NCBI RefSeq assembly: GCF_006345805.1
Contig: NC_042997.1
Coordinates: forward strand, 161,696,001 to 161,760,000
Reading direction: 5' to 3'
Length of the DNA stretch: 64,000 nt
Origin: Octopus sinensis
Taxonomy: Eukaryota
The notes beneath the pieces were generated by a model, which was given only the letters and a program-made list of their open reading frames with translations, searched no databases and was not told where the DNA came from. Both the position numbers and the translations under genes were made by a program. The first letter of the stretch is position 1, and each line of letters opens with the position of its first letter. Below, piece after piece: positions 27,174 through 40,847 of the stretch.

Positions 27174-27203
27174 CCTTTGGACGCTCGGTTTCTGTCACAA
27201 TAT
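27174..27203 (-). CDS. Micro-exon class F (DIVTETERPK)
   Basis: acag|30 nt|gtgaga. Confidence 0.85.
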
Positions 27204-28602
27204 CTGTGAAATAATTGAATGGAATTACAATTCAATGTCAAGAATTGATGAATATATAACTTACAAATCATATCAGCAAACATATTAACAAACACCTTAT
27301 TGCAAAACTGTTTAACTAGTAAGACTCCCATTTTATGAATCGTCTTATATTTTCACTTTATTTGAAATGCATTAGACGGGCGGAGAATAAAATGAAAAAA
27401 TGTTTCTTGCAATTAATATTTTATCAGGAAAAGACGTGTACAAATATTGGGAAAAGAGTTACTAAATTTCATATCATAGCTCTCGCTAATCGATTACACG
27501 GACTTCAGGGATTAATTGAAACACAAGATAAAACAATAATTTTACATCCAGTAACTGAGAAAATTTACGCGCAAAATATTCAAATGCAATGAAGCAACAC
27601 AACATTTAAAGCGTCTATTACACAGTGCTCTTCTTGTATCACTTGTTATTCTATTACGTAATGAGTTTGAAATTATGTGACTCTTCATAGAGAAAATTCA
27701 GCATGTAAATCAGTATATTAAACGGAAAGTTCGTTGTTAGATACAGAAAGAAATGTGTGTTGTCTTGTGTTTGAATACAGGTGCACGTGAGATTGTGTCG
27801 GTGTATTACATGTTGGATACAGTAATATTCAACTTCGGGAAAATGGCGTGTGTACCAGGAGTTTTCCTCCAAATCATGATATATACAGATGTATGTGATG
27901 GAAAAGCTGAGACGCAACATTTATGTCCTAGTAAATCATCCTCACATTAATTTCCAATATACTTTGTATGCATCCATTTTACCACCGTAATACTTTCGGG
28001 TTCATCATTAACTTGCTGTTGTATAATACACTCTCTGTCATGAGATTCAGACATTGAGACGACGTCAAAGAAAAGAAAATAATCAACCGTTACACCCAAA
28101 CAAAGAAAAATTTCACACCAGCAACCATTACTTAGCAAATTAAAAATTTTCCAAACAGACAAGGACTGAAGACAAAGCGCAAAACCACATGGAAATAAAC
28201 AAAACTATTTCTGCATGATGTGCATTATGCGGTGTCCTGATATACAAGTCAATATCCACTTGATACTGCATAAAATGTGAATAATTAAGATCACAGATGC
28301 GTGTTATTTTGGGATAATTCTCAGCTTAGCATTTATGGTTCGACAGCTCGTCGCTTCTGGAAGGTAGCATATGAATATTTCTCTTGTAAATCAGGATTAG
28401 AGGGCAGTACATTTGTTTCTGTGTCTGATTCCATGCGGAATTATACTGATGAAAGCATGTGGGTAAGTAAGAGGTGTAATGATACACATAGGTATTTTGT
28501 ATGGATTGGTTTAGCTAGCAATAATATACATCTGCTATACTTGATAATTGACAGTGAAGCTAGTCATTAAAAGCGAGTGAAATCATTGCAAAATGGACTC
28601 AC

Positions 28603-28632
28603 CAACAGTAGATTCAACATCAGACGGTTTTT
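28603..28632 (-). CDS. Micro-exon class C (EKPSDVESTV)
   Basis: tcag|30 nt|gtgagt. Confidence 0.87.
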
Positions 28633-28986
28633 CTGAACGTAATTAAAATAAACCACGATAAGCACTTTGCTAAATTACTCAATATGGAAATACTTAATGT
28701 AAAAATGTTTGTTCAAATATAACAGAAAAGCTATGAACATTTTCATAAGGCATTTCATATAATGTTACTCTGATTTCGTAACCATACATATTCCGTCTAT
28801 ATTTTAATGGAGCATATTTATCGATTCGATATAAGCTTTACAAATAATTTATCAAAAATGGACACAATTTAGAAATGTTTCGATGAACTTTATCGCGAAC
28901 TTACGAGAGGTTTTATACATGAAAATATGCGCCGAGTATATATTATATTTAAAATAATACTGTGCTACCATAGCAAAAGTGCTTAC

Positions 28987-29016
28987 CTATGCGAGTTTCG
29001 GTTTCTCTAATAATTT
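28987..29016 (-). CDS. Micro-exon class D (EIIRETETRI)
   Basis: acag|30 nt|gtaagc. Confidence 0.87.
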   Translation of the reverse strand, partial: KLLEKPKLA

Positions 29017-29349
29017 CTGTGAAATTAAAAACGTAAATCGTTAACTATCTCTTCCGCCATTTCGTAAAAGAAACAATTCTTAAAGTAATCATTCAATTAC
29101 ATATTACCAAGGAGGTGATTCAATTACATGTTACCAAAGATCACTAAACAGTTCTATCAATCACTATAATTTAATACACAAATATTACGTGAAAATTCAA
29201 TAATTCCTATATAAAGGAACATAAATAATAATTCATATATTGTGCAACTATGACTTTAATCTACCTCCAAATATGTATATTAATCTCAAATATTCAGAAA
29301 ACATTTGCTAAATTTAAATTGATACGGAATCAAGTGAGAAGACACTTAC

Positions 29350-29379
29350 CAACTGTGGCTTCGACCTCAGATGGTTGTT
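29350..29379 (-). CDS. Micro-exon class E (EQPSEVEATV)
   Basis: tcag|30 nt|gtaagt. Confidence 0.87.
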
Positions 29380-29770
29380 CTGAATATGGAATGAAAGTCA
29401 ATATTATCAGCTTTTACACTAAGTACAGATATAATATCAGTAGATATATAAGTAAATAATCGAGAATTCATTGGAAATTCTCAGCATTCATATCATTGAG
29501 GAGTACTTTGGAATTTTTGCAAAAACATTCCAAATTATATACTGTCACAAATTCAAAGTGGCTTCAATGTGTCTATGTCTATTCAGCTCCATAATTTTGG
29601 AAGGAAGGTGACAAACTAATACTTGGAAAACGATATGTGAAACTTTATAAAATTACCAGCATCTAGCATGAAAACAGCATTAATTGTGTATTATTGTGTA
29701 TTTGTGTATTGTGTATTATTGTGTATTATTGTGTATTATTGTGTATTTTACACATATGCATAGGAAATTA

Positions 29771-29780
29771 TATCTATCTG

Positions 29781-29868
<88 letters not shown>
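29771..29868. repeat. (TATC)n microsatellite
   Basis: Seen directly. Confidence 0.95.
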
Positions 29869-29869
<1 letters not shown>

Positions 29870-30016
29870 ATACACATAAATGTATACGAGAATATAAGAC
29901 TTTCTCACTTCCCGAGTGTTAAAATAATGCATATGTTTGTTGTTTTGTAAATTTTCAATATATATGAGAATATATATATGTCTCTCTCTATATAGAGAGA
30001 TATATATACATATGAT

Positions 30017-30062
<46 letters not shown>

Positions 30063-30160
30063 TATATATATATATACATACACACACAAGCACACACATA
30101 TATATGCATGTATTATATATGCATATATGTAGGTATGTGTGTATAAATGAATCAATGAAG

Positions 30161-30235
<75 letters not shown>

Positions 30236-30279
30236 GAAATATATTTCAAACAGAAAATAGAAACTACACATGGAAAAGA

Positions 30280-30577
30280 TATGAGGAAAATATAAAGAAA
30301 AAAGCGAAAATGCACATTGAAAAATAAAAACATTTTTTATGAAAAGTAGCGATAAATTAATACCATTAGATGAACTGAGGTAGACTTAAGTCAGTTAAAT
30401 AGTAATGACGACACTGGTTGGACTTTGAATCTCTTTACCAATTTAAAATAATGAATTTAATTCCTCTTAATTCTATCTCAGTTCATCTAATTGCATTTGT
30501 TTATAGCTACTTTTCATAGAAAACCCTTTATTTCTTTGATATTCAATGTGCACTTTCGCCTTTTTTCTTCTTACTTT

Positions 30578-30580
<3 letters not shown>
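30280..30580. mobile_element. Foldback/MITE-like element with ~105-bp imperfect inverted arms
   Basis: 30280-30384 (..gcgaaaatgcacattgaa..tatgaaaagtagc..ttagatgaactgag) is the inverse of 30471-30580; flanked by (TA)n. Confidence 0.7.
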
Positions 30581-30665
<85 letters not shown>

Positions 30666-30861
30666 AAAATATGTGACAATTATTCGGTGGCCAAGATAAA
30701 ACTCTGAGTTTCGGATGCAGAGGTGGAAATCCACACCACCATCTCTTCGAAGAGATATTATTTTACAGATAAATTTCCTCTATTTACATAATATTGAAGT
30801 CTCTTTCTTTTGTCATCTTACCGTTTTTAACAATATATATATATAATATATATATATATAT

Positions 30862-30893
<32 letters not shown>

Positions 30894-31066
30894 ATAATAT
30901 TCAGGGCAAGCGAGTAAGTACACTGGTTTTGCCACATGCTTTAAGAAGCTGAATGTCTGTAAGCTACCTTAAACTTTTCACAATATATATATAAAGTTAT
31001 GATTTTAATGTATTGAGGAGCAAATTAAGACTAATGAAATATAATCGCAAACAGATGCTATCTCAC

Positions 31067-31096
31067 CTTTTGGGCGCTCGTCCTGTGTCACAATAT
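31067..31096 (-). CDS. Micro-exon class F (DIVTQDERPK)
   Basis: acag|30 nt|gtgaga. Confidence 0.87.
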
Positions 31097-31643
31097 CTGT
31101 TAAATAATTCAATATTATTAAAATACACTATCGAGAGATCGCAAATATGCATATAACACGTTATCTCTAATCATATAACAATATACACTTTTAATTACCA
31201 AACTGGAAAGTTTTCATTTGAATAGTTTTAAGATTTCAAACAGATTTTGATTATAAATTTCATCGCTCGGAGAAAATAAATTAAAAAATTTCATGCAATT
31301 ATTTTTGCATAAAATGTCTGGTCGCATGGATCTTGAAATGAGTAACGATGTTTCAAGTACTATGTATTTCTAACCCATCATACGCACGTCAAGGTTTCAA
31401 TTAACTACAAGTTTCAACAATATAAATTTAAAGTGAAGATAACAGGTAATTGATGGGTTATATTGCTGAAATGCGATAAAATAATCCGCACAAACGTGAT
31501 ATAATGCTGTTGTTCTTTCATTAATTATTACTATATTTCGTAATAAGTCAATATTGTCTTTCCAGAATTACAATGGAAAACATCTCTAAAGAAACTCAGC
31601 GAAAAGCAGAAGCAAGAAATTGCGAAAGTAATTTCTCACTCAC

Positions 31644-31673
31644 CAACTGTAGATTCCACTTCAGAACGTGTTT
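31644..31673 (-). CDS. Micro-exon class A (ETRSEVESTV)
   Basis: ctag|30 nt|gtgagt. Confidence 0.87.
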
Positions 31674-32007
31674 CTAGAGAAAGGCAAACGTAAATATATT
31701 CCCTTAACAGTTACATTACACACTATATATAAGAAACAAGCATTAAATATATTCAGCTAGAATTGAATATTTAAGAGTCATTTTGAAATGATAAATTTAC
31801 GAAAACTAATCCGATTATCCCACCATCAGAAAATAGTTTGAAAACCCATAGTGACACTTTACTAGAATGGAGATTGTTTACACGAAGAAAAGATAAACTA
31901 AGTTTTGTGGCAATTTAGCTTACAATTTATCGAAAACTTATCGCAGAAAAGTTTGTGATATATTTAGATTGATAGATATCGCAAAAAAACATTTTGCAAT
32001 AGCTTAC

Positions 32008-32037
32008 CTGTACGAGTTACTGTTTCCGTTACGACTT
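32008..32037 (-). CDS. Micro-exon class B (EVVTETVTRT)
   Basis: acag|30 nt|gtaagc. Confidence 0.87.
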
Positions 32038-33432
32038 CTGTGAAATTAACGAAATATGTAGTTAAATATTTCGAACGATGCTTTACAGCAGAATGCATAG
32101 TTATGTGGCGATTATATAGAAAATTACGTTAGCACAATTACGATATGTATTCGTTTGATATTTCAATCGACTTAATCCATTTGTCTGTCCTTGTTTGTCC
32201 CCTCTATATTTAGCCCCTTCTGGGCAATAAAGAAATACATATTTTTGAAATACATTCATATTAAATTATATATATATACCACCCTCTAAGGTGATATATA
32301 TATGTGCATAAAACTATCTTCAAATTTCGGAAATATATAGTGAACCAGTGAATCAGGACACGGCCATTGCAGGAATCATTATCGTGTGACAAAATAAAGA
32401 GGAAAAATATCTACAAATTAATGATCAACACCTTCTACAATTGAAGTCCATAAAATTGGTAACATGAGAAATAATTCAGCAAATACAAGAAAACAACTGA
32501 CATATACGTTGCTGCAGTACACATAAAAAGAATATTTAAGCCATCTGACATAGGAATCGGACTCTTCCACACGTGTATTAAAGAGACAATTTACAATTAT
32601 TTGACGAATATAATATACTCACATCCAATGTTAGTATTTAAGCATGTATGCATTTTTATCACTTAGTATTTTGAATGTTGTGCGATAATAATTTTCCTAT
32701 ACATCATGCAAAGTAAACCTGTGTGTGATGGAAATGATATATGAAATGTGACATTCGTATAAAACCAAATCACACTTACATTAAAGACAAAATAAATCCT
32801 AAAGTAACTTTGCACATTAATTTCCCATTTAATTTCGTATTATCCTCCGCGGAAAGATATTTTATATTAGCAGATATTTCAAAACTTCAGACGTGGTGTC
32901 AACGAGAAAGGAAAACAACCAGATTAACTGTCACACAGTAAAAAAACTGACACTAAAAACAGCAAATTAAGAAATTTAAAATTCGCCAAACTAACAGCGA
33001 AAGCGCAAGGCAACGTGAAAATAACGCGATCATATTTCTCAGCACTCTGTATTCTCAAGAACCTATTATTCAGGCCATTTTCAACAAGATACGGTACGAT
33101 ATGTGTATAATTCGGACTGGTGCTGCATGTTATATTGGGACACTTCTCCGTACGGGACTTACGGCTCGATAGCTCGTCACTTTTGGAGTGTAGCATACGG
33201 AGATTTCTTGTGTAAATCAGGACTACATAGCAGTGTCTCTATCTGATGTTGTGTGTGATTGCATCCAGGATGCTGCATATCGATGCATGTGTATTAGTAG
33301 GGAGTTAGTTTGTATCAAATGTATTTTTGCGTGACTTGGTTTAGCTTGAAATAATATACATCTAATATACCTGACAATTGACAGTAAAGACAAACATCGA
33401 AAGCGAATAAAATCATTGCAAATTAGACTCAC

Positions 33433-33462
33433 CAACAGTCGATTCAACTTCAGTTGGTTTTT
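33433..33462 (-). CDS. Micro-exon class C (EKPTEVESTV)
   Basis: tcag|30 nt|gtgagt. Confidence 0.87.
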
Positions 33463-33830
33463 CTGAACGAAATTAAAATACGCTACAATAAACTCGTTGC
33501 TAAATTATACGACGGGAAATTATATACTGTGTAAATGTTTGTTCAGATTACTTTTTATGTAATAGAAAACCAATGATCTTTTGCAAAAGCATTTCTTACA
33601 ATGATACTCATACGTTACGCATATTGTACGCATAGTTGAATTGAAAATATTTATGATTACAATATAGATTTTAAAATACGTGAAAAGAATTGGACGATCA
33701 CTGAAGTAATTCAGAACTCTTTCGCAGGAAGTAATCACGAATTTACGAGAAAATTACTATACATGAAATTATGCGCTGAGCATATATTGTATTTTAAGTA
33801 ATATTATGCCGTTATATCAAAAGTTCTTAC

Positions 33831-33860
33831 CTATGCGAGTTTCGGTTTCTCTAATAATTT
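33831..33860 (-). CDS. Micro-exon class D (EIIRETETRI)
   Basis: acag|30 nt|gtaaga. Confidence 0.87.
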   Translation of the reverse strand, partial: KLLEKPKLA

Positions 33861-34211
33861 CTGTGAAATTGAAAACGTAAATCGTTAACTAACTCTTCAG
33901 CCGTTTCGTAAATAAATAAAAAAACGATTCTTAATGATGCTTTATACAATTAAATGTTACAAAGAAAGTGACACGCAAATACACTTCGGTAAACTTTTCT
34001 ATCAATTTTGTTAATATAATTGAATATGAAAATATTACGAAAAAATTCAATAATTACTATATGAAAGAAAACCACAAGAATAGGTTATAAACTGGGTGAT
34101 TATTGTTCTAATACACCTAATATGTATAATAGTTTCAGAATTAATAATGGTGTACTAACAATCATTACAGATTTATTAAATTTACACGGAATGAAAACAG
34201 AAGACACTTAC

Positions 34212-34241
34212 CAACTGTGGCTTCGGCCTCAGATGGTTGTT
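34212..34241 (-). CDS. Micro-exon class E (EQPSEAEATV)
   Basis: tcag|30 nt|gtaagt. Confidence 0.87.
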
Positions 34242-34573
34242 CTGAATGTGGAATGAAACACAATATCATCAGATATTACACGGAATACTGATATGATATA
34301 CACAGACAGAGGTAAGAAAATAATCAGATTTATTCTCGAAAATACACTTTCTAAACGTTATATTTTATAACGTTTTGCAATAATATTCAGCAGAATATAT
34401 AATTATGAATTCAAAGGACTTCCAATTTGACAATATACGTTCAGTTCCATCAGTTAACATGTAGATACAAACAGCAACATTTGGCAAAAGTGATGTCCAA
34501 CTTGATACAATTACAAGCATATATAATCTATACTACATTAATTTCGTATTATACTTTGCGCACTAGCAGAAAA

Positions 34574-34644
<71 letters not shown>

Positions 34645-34705
34645 TATGTAGGTATATAGAAATTTAGGTCTATCGAGGTATATTTGGAAACAGAAACTCT
34701 CTCAC

Positions 34706-34735
34706 CTTTAGGACGCTCGTCCTGTTGCACAACAT
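34706..34735 (-). CDS. Micro-exon class F (DVVQQDERPK)
   Basis: acag|30 nt|gtgaga. Confidence 0.87.
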
Positions 34736-35305
34736 CTGTGAAATAATTGAATGAATTGTCAATTTAATGCTGAGAATTGAGGAATATATAACTAACATTT
34801 CATCACGACTGATATATCAATCTACCTTTGTAATTTCAATACTACTTACCCACTGAATTCACGTTGTATGATTCGCCTTATTCTTTCAGATCGATTTCAT
34901 TTTATATATTTCAAGCGCATAGAAAATATATCGAATTGTTTATTTCGATTATTATTTTATATTCTAATGCCATGTGAATATATTTCGTATATTTCGAAAG
35001 GAGTTTCTTTCTTTCAACTGTTATCTCTCTCTAATCAATCATAAGCACTTAAATTTTAATTGAACGATAAATTTGAACGATATTACTGAGATTTAGGGGA
35101 CAAAATTTCCAACGTACATATATTATAGAGATGCGGTAAAGGAAAGCAAAATCTCATTCTTTAACACGCTATCGTTCTTTTATTACGCATTATCGTATTT
35201 CGTAATGAAATATTACACTCTTTCGGCAAGCACATTGAAAGAGTTCTCTAAAGGAACTCAATGACAAGCATAAGCAAGAAATCACGAAAATAATCTCTCA
35301 CTCAC

Positions 35306-35335
35306 CAACTGTAGATTCCACTTCAGAACGTGTTT
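35306..35335 (-). CDS. Micro-exon class A (ETRSEVESTV)
   Basis: ctag|30 nt|gtgagt. Confidence 0.87.
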
Positions 35336-35669
35336 CTAGAGAAAGGCAAACGTAAATATATTCCCTTAACAGTTACATTACACACTATATATAAGAAACA
35401 AGCATTAAATATATTCAGCTAGAATTGAATATTTAAGAGTCATTTTGAAATGATAAATTTACGAAAACTAATCCGATTATCCCACCATCAGAAAATAGTT
35501 TGAAAACCCATAGTGACACTTTACTAGAATGGAGATTGTTTACACGAAGAAAAGATAAACTAAGTTTTGTGGCAATTTAGCTTACAATTTATCGAAAACT
35601 TATCGCAGAAAAGTTTGTGATATATTTAGATTGATAGATATCGCAAAAAAACATTTTGCAATAGCTTAC

Positions 35670-35699
35670 CTGTACGAGTTACTGTTTCCGTTACGACTT
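35670..35699 (-). CDS. Micro-exon class B (EVVTETVTRT)
   Basis: acag|30 nt|gtaagc. Confidence 0.87.
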
Positions 35700-37167
35700 C
35701 TGTGAAATTAACGAAATATGTAGTTAAATATTTCGAACGATGCTTTACAGCAGAATGCATAGTTATGTGGCGATTATATAGAAAATTACGTTAGCACAAT
35801 TACGATATGTATTCGTTTAATATTTCAATCGACTTAATCCATTTGTCTGTCCTCTATGTTTAGCCCCTTGAGGCCAATAAAGAAATACATATTTTTGAAA
35901 TACATTCATATTAAATTATATATATATACCACCCTCTGAGGTGATATATATGTGCATAAAACTATCTTCAAATTTCGGAAATATATAGTGAACCAGTGAA
36001 TCAGGACTCAGCCATTGCAGGAATCATTATCGTGTGACAAAATAAAGAGAAAAAATATCTACAAATTAATGATCAACACCTTCTCCAATTGAAGTCCATA
36101 AAATTGGTAACATGAGAAATAATTCAGCAAATACAAGAAAACAACTGACATATACGTTGCTGCAGTACACATAAAAAGAATATTTAAGCCATCTGACATA
36201 GGAATCGGACTCTTCCACACGACTTGCATATTACAATCTTGTTCACAAACGTAGTAAATGCGATAAAATACGACATCTTCAAATAGAAAATTAGGCATAT
36301 AAATCAGTGTATTAAAGAGAGAATTTACAATTATTTGACGAATATAATATACTCACATCCAATGTTAGTATTTAAGCATGTATGCATTTTTATCACTTAG
36401 TATTTTGAATGTTGTGCGATAATAATTTTCCTATACATCATGCAAAGTAAACCTGTGTGTGATGGAAATGATATATGAAATGTGACATTCGTATAAAACC
36501 AAATCACACTTACATTGAAGACAAAATAAATCCTAAAGTAACTTTACACATTAATTTCCCATTTAATTTCGAATTATCCTCCGCGGAAAGATATTTTATA
36601 TTAGCAGATATTTCAAAACTTCAGACGTGGTGTCAACGAGAAAGGAAAACAACCAGATTAACTGTCACACAGTAAAAAAAACTGACACTAAAAACAGCAA
36701 ATTAAGAAATTGAAAATTCGCCAAACTAACAGCGAAAGCGCAAGGCAACGTGAAAATAACGCGATCATATATCTCAGCACTCTGTATTCTCAAGAACCTA
36801 TTATGCAGGCCATTTTCAACATGATACAGTACGATATGTGTATAATTCGGACTGGCGCTGCATGTTATATTGGGACACTTCTCAGTACAGGATTTACGGC
36901 TCGATAGCTCGTCACTTTTGGAGTGTAGCATACGGAGATTTCTTGTGTAAATCAGGACTACATAGCAGTGTCTCTATCTGATGTTGTGTGTGATTGCATC
37001 CAGGATGCTGCATATCGATGCATGTGTATTAGTAGGGAGTTAGTTTGTATCAAATATATTTTTGCGTGACTTGGTTTAGCTTGAAATAATATACATCTAA
37101 TATACCTGACAATTGACAGTAAAGACAAACATCGAAAGCGAATAAAATCATTGCAAATTAGACTCAC

Positions 37168-37197
37168 CAACAGTCGATTCAACTTCAGTTGGTTTTT
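37168..37197 (-). CDS. Micro-exon class C (EKPTEVESTV)
   Basis: tcag|30 nt|gtgagt. Confidence 0.87.
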
Positions 37198-37565
37198 CTG
37201 AACGAAATTAAAATACGCTACAATAAACTCGTTGCTAAATTATACGACGGGAAATTATATACTGTGTAAATGTTTGTTCAGATTACTTTTTATGTAATAG
37301 AAAACCAATGATCTTTTGCAAAAGCATTTCTTACAATGATACTCATACGTTACGCATATTGTACGCATAGTTGAATTGAAAATATTTATGATTACAATAT
37401 AGATTTTAAAATACGTGAAAAGAATTGGACGATCACTGAAGTAATTCAGAACTCTTTCGCAGGAAGTAATCACGAATTTACGAGAAAATTACTATACATG
37501 AAATTATGCGCTGAGCATATATTGTATTTTAAGTAATATTATGCCGTTATATCAAAAGTTCTTAC

Positions 37566-37595
37566 CTATGCGAGTTTCGGTTTCTCTAATAATTT
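37566..37595 (-). CDS. Micro-exon class D (EIIRETETRI)
   Basis: acag|30 nt|gtaaga. Confidence 0.87.
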   Translation of the reverse strand, partial: KLLEKPKLA

Positions 37596-37946
37596 CTGTG
37601 AAATTGAAAACGTAAATCGTTAACTAACTCTTCAGCCGTTTCGTAAATAAATAAAAAACCGATTCTTAATGATGCCTTATACAATTAAATGTTACAAAGA
37701 AAGTGACACGCAAATACACTTCGGTAAACTTTTCTATCAATTTTGTTAATATAATTGAATATGAAAATATTACGAAAAAATTCAATAATTACTATATGAA
37801 AGAAAACCACAAGAATAGGTTATAAACTGGGTGATTATTGTTCTAATACACCTAATATGTATAATAGTTTCAGAATTAATAATGGTGTACTAACAATCAT
37901 TACAGATTTGTTAAATTTACACGGAATGAAAACAGGAGACACTTAC

Positions 37947-37976
37947 CAACTGTGGCTTCGGCCTCAGATGGTTGTT
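37947..37976 (-). CDS. Micro-exon class E (EQPSEAEATV)
   Basis: tcag|30 nt|gtaagt. Confidence 0.87.
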
Positions 37977-38555
37977 CTGAATATGGAATGAAACACAATA
38001 TCATCAGATATTACACGGAATACTGATATGATATACACAGACAGAGGTAAGAAAATAATCAGATTTATTCTCGAAAATACACTTTCTAAACGTTATATTT
38101 TATAACGTTTTGCAATAATATTCAGCAGAATATATAATTATGAATTCAAAGGACTTCCAATTTGACAATATACGTTCAGTTCCATCAGTTAACATGTAGA
38201 TACAAACAGCAACATTTGGCAAAAGTGATGTCCAACTTGATACAATTACAAGCATATATAATCTATACTACATTAATTTCGTATTATACTTTGCGCACTA
38301 GCAGAAAAGAATATATATATATATATATAGGAACAAAAAATGGAGTCAACGCAGGTTTAAACAAGTATTTTTTCTTTCTACATATGTTTCAAAAATTCCA
38401 CTGATACTTATTCAACAGAATAAAAGGTATAAACAATGCAATCTTCTCTTCGGGAAAGTGAAAAAACGAAACTTGTCAATACGACATTTTAGCAAAAAAT
38501 GGTAACTATTCATTCATTTATCCGTGTTAATTGTTAACAAGGTAAAATACACTCA

Positions 38556-38601
<46 letters not shown>

Positions 38602-38709
38602 TATATATATATATATATATATACATATATTATATATATGTATATATATATATGTAGGTATATAGAAATTTAGGTCTATCGAGGTATTTGGAAACAGAAA
38701 CTCTCTCAC

Positions 38710-38739
38710 CTTTAGGACGATCGTCCTGTTGCACAACAT
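38710..38739 (-). CDS. Micro-exon class F (DVVQQDDRPK)
   Basis: acag|30 nt|gtgaga. Confidence 0.87.
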
Positions 38740-39312
38740 CTGTGAAATAATTGAATGAATTGTCAATTTAATGCTGAGAATTGAGGAATATATAACTAAC
38801 ATTTCATCACGACTGATATATCAATCTACCTTTGCAATTTCAATACTACTTACCCACTGAATTCACGTTGTATGATTCGCCTTATTCTTTCAGATCGATT
38901 TCATTTTATATATTTCAAGCGCATAGAAAATATATCGAATTGTTTATTTCGATTATTATTTTATACTCTAATGCCATGTGAATATATTTCGTATATTTCG
39001 AAAGGAGTTTCTTTCTTTCAACTGTTATCTCTCTCTAATCAATCATAAGCACTTAAATTTTAATTGAACGATAAATTTGAACGATATTACTGAGATTTAG
39101 GGGACAAAATTTCCAACGTACATATATTATAGAAATGCGGTAAAGGAAAGCAAAATCTCATTCTTTAACACGCTATCGTTTAACACTTATTACACATTAT
39201 CGTATTTCGTAATGAAATATTACACTCTTTCGGCAAGCACATTGAAAGAGTTCTCTAAAGGAACTCAACGACAAGCATAAGCAAGAAATCACGAAAATAA
39301 TCTCTCACTCAC

Positions 39313-39342
39313 CAACTGTAGATTCGACTTCAGAACGTGTTT
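39313..39342 (-). CDS. Micro-exon class A (ETRSEVESTV)
   Basis: ctag|30 nt|gtgagt. Confidence 0.87.
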
Positions 39343-39678
39343 CTAGAGAAATGTAAACGTAAATATATTCCCTCAACTGTTACATCACAGAATATGTGAG
39401 TGACATGCATTAAATATATTCAACTCGTATAGAATATTCGTGAGTAGTTTCCAAATGGTAAAATTTACGAAAACTAATACGATTGCCCCACCATCAGAAA
39501 ACACTTTGAAAAACCTTTCGTTAAACTTTGTTACAATAGAAAATGTTTACATGAAGAAAATATTAACTGAATAATGGTAGGAATTTCGCTTTCATTTTAC
39601 TAAACAATTATCGCAGAAAATATTTCTATATATCTAGCTTGTTGATATACATCACGAAAAAATTCTTCAATGGCTTAC

Positions 39679-39708
39679 CTGTACGAGTTACTTTCTCCGT
39701 TACGACTT
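39679..39708 (-). CDS. Micro-exon class B (EVVTEKVTRT)
   Basis: acag|30 nt|gtaagc. Confidence 0.87.
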
Positions 39709-39900
39709 CTGTGAAATTAACGAAATATGTAGTTAGATATTTCGAAAGATGCTTTACATCAGAGTGCTTAGTAATGTTAGAGATTATACGGAGAATCATA
39801 TTAGCTAACTACGGCTTTTAGTCGTCAATTCTTTTCAAGAACACTAATATATTACTGTATAAAATACATACACACATACATACACACATACCTACAAACA

Positions 39901-40124
39901 CAGGGTTGGTCAACTGTCACCCAACAGTAAAATAAAATTCCATAAATATTATCGATAATTCTGTATTCACTCGAATGGAAACATGCGACGCTAAAGAAAA
40001 GTGGGAATAATTATCGTGATCTTTCGTATTTAGATGCTTTTATTAAATTCATTCAGTTGTTAAACATGAATAAACCTTGGAATTAAATTTTGATTTACTG
40101 TCAAGTGACTTTTGGGCAACCCTC
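39901..40124. mobile_element. Tc1/mariner-type MITE
   Basis: CAGGGTTGGTCAACTGTCACCCAACAGTAAA ... TTTACTGTCAAGTGACTTTTGGGCAACCCTC imperfect TIRs. Confidence 0.6.
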
Positions 40125-40286
40125 TACATACATACATACATACATACATACATACATACATGCATACATACATACTTATACATACATACATACATATATA
40201 TATATACACACACATATATATATGTGTATATATATATATATGTATATATATATGTATATATATATATATATGTATGTATGTATAAG

Positions 40287-40336
<50 letters not shown>

Positions 40337-40337
<1 letters not shown>

Positions 40338-40534
40338 TGTTGTGTCTGGGGAGAGTCATTTTCTTTTTGTGCCTTATAATGTAACACACTCACCGGTGAA
40401 AGACTATTTGAAAAGGTTGCAAGACGCAACGAACATTTTAGGGAAATAAAAATAAGAAATAAGTGGAAATTTTACCGGTGAGTATGTTTCATTATAAGGC
40501 ACAAAAAGAAAATGACTCTACCCAAACACAACAG
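40337..40534. mobile_element. Palindromic MITE with ~65-bp inverted arms
   Basis: CTGTTGTGTCTGGGGAGAGTCATTTTCTTTTTGTGCCTTATAATG..CTCACCGGT is inverted at 40470-40534; next to (TA)n. Confidence 0.8.
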
Positions 40535-40759
40535 AATATGCTTTAACACATGAACTCATATAAAGAATCTTGCAAACCAAATCCCAAAACGAAATATATA
40601 TATATATATTTATAAACACATCTTTACCATGTGTATACAAGAAACATCGTGCAAAGGACACACGTGTTGAACGGAAACGATATACATACAAACATGCCTA
40701 CTTGAACTTATCTCCCAACTTCCATAATTATATATATACATATATGTACAATTTTACAT

Positions 40760-40847
<88 letters not shown>

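Larger units (their letters stand above)
31635..39303. repeat. Near-identical tandem duplication of one six-exon unit (copy 1 ~31635-35296, copy 2 ~35297-39303)
   Basis: Introns are almost base-identical between copies, with a few substitutions and indels; duplicated ORF-track entries. Confidence 0.93.
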
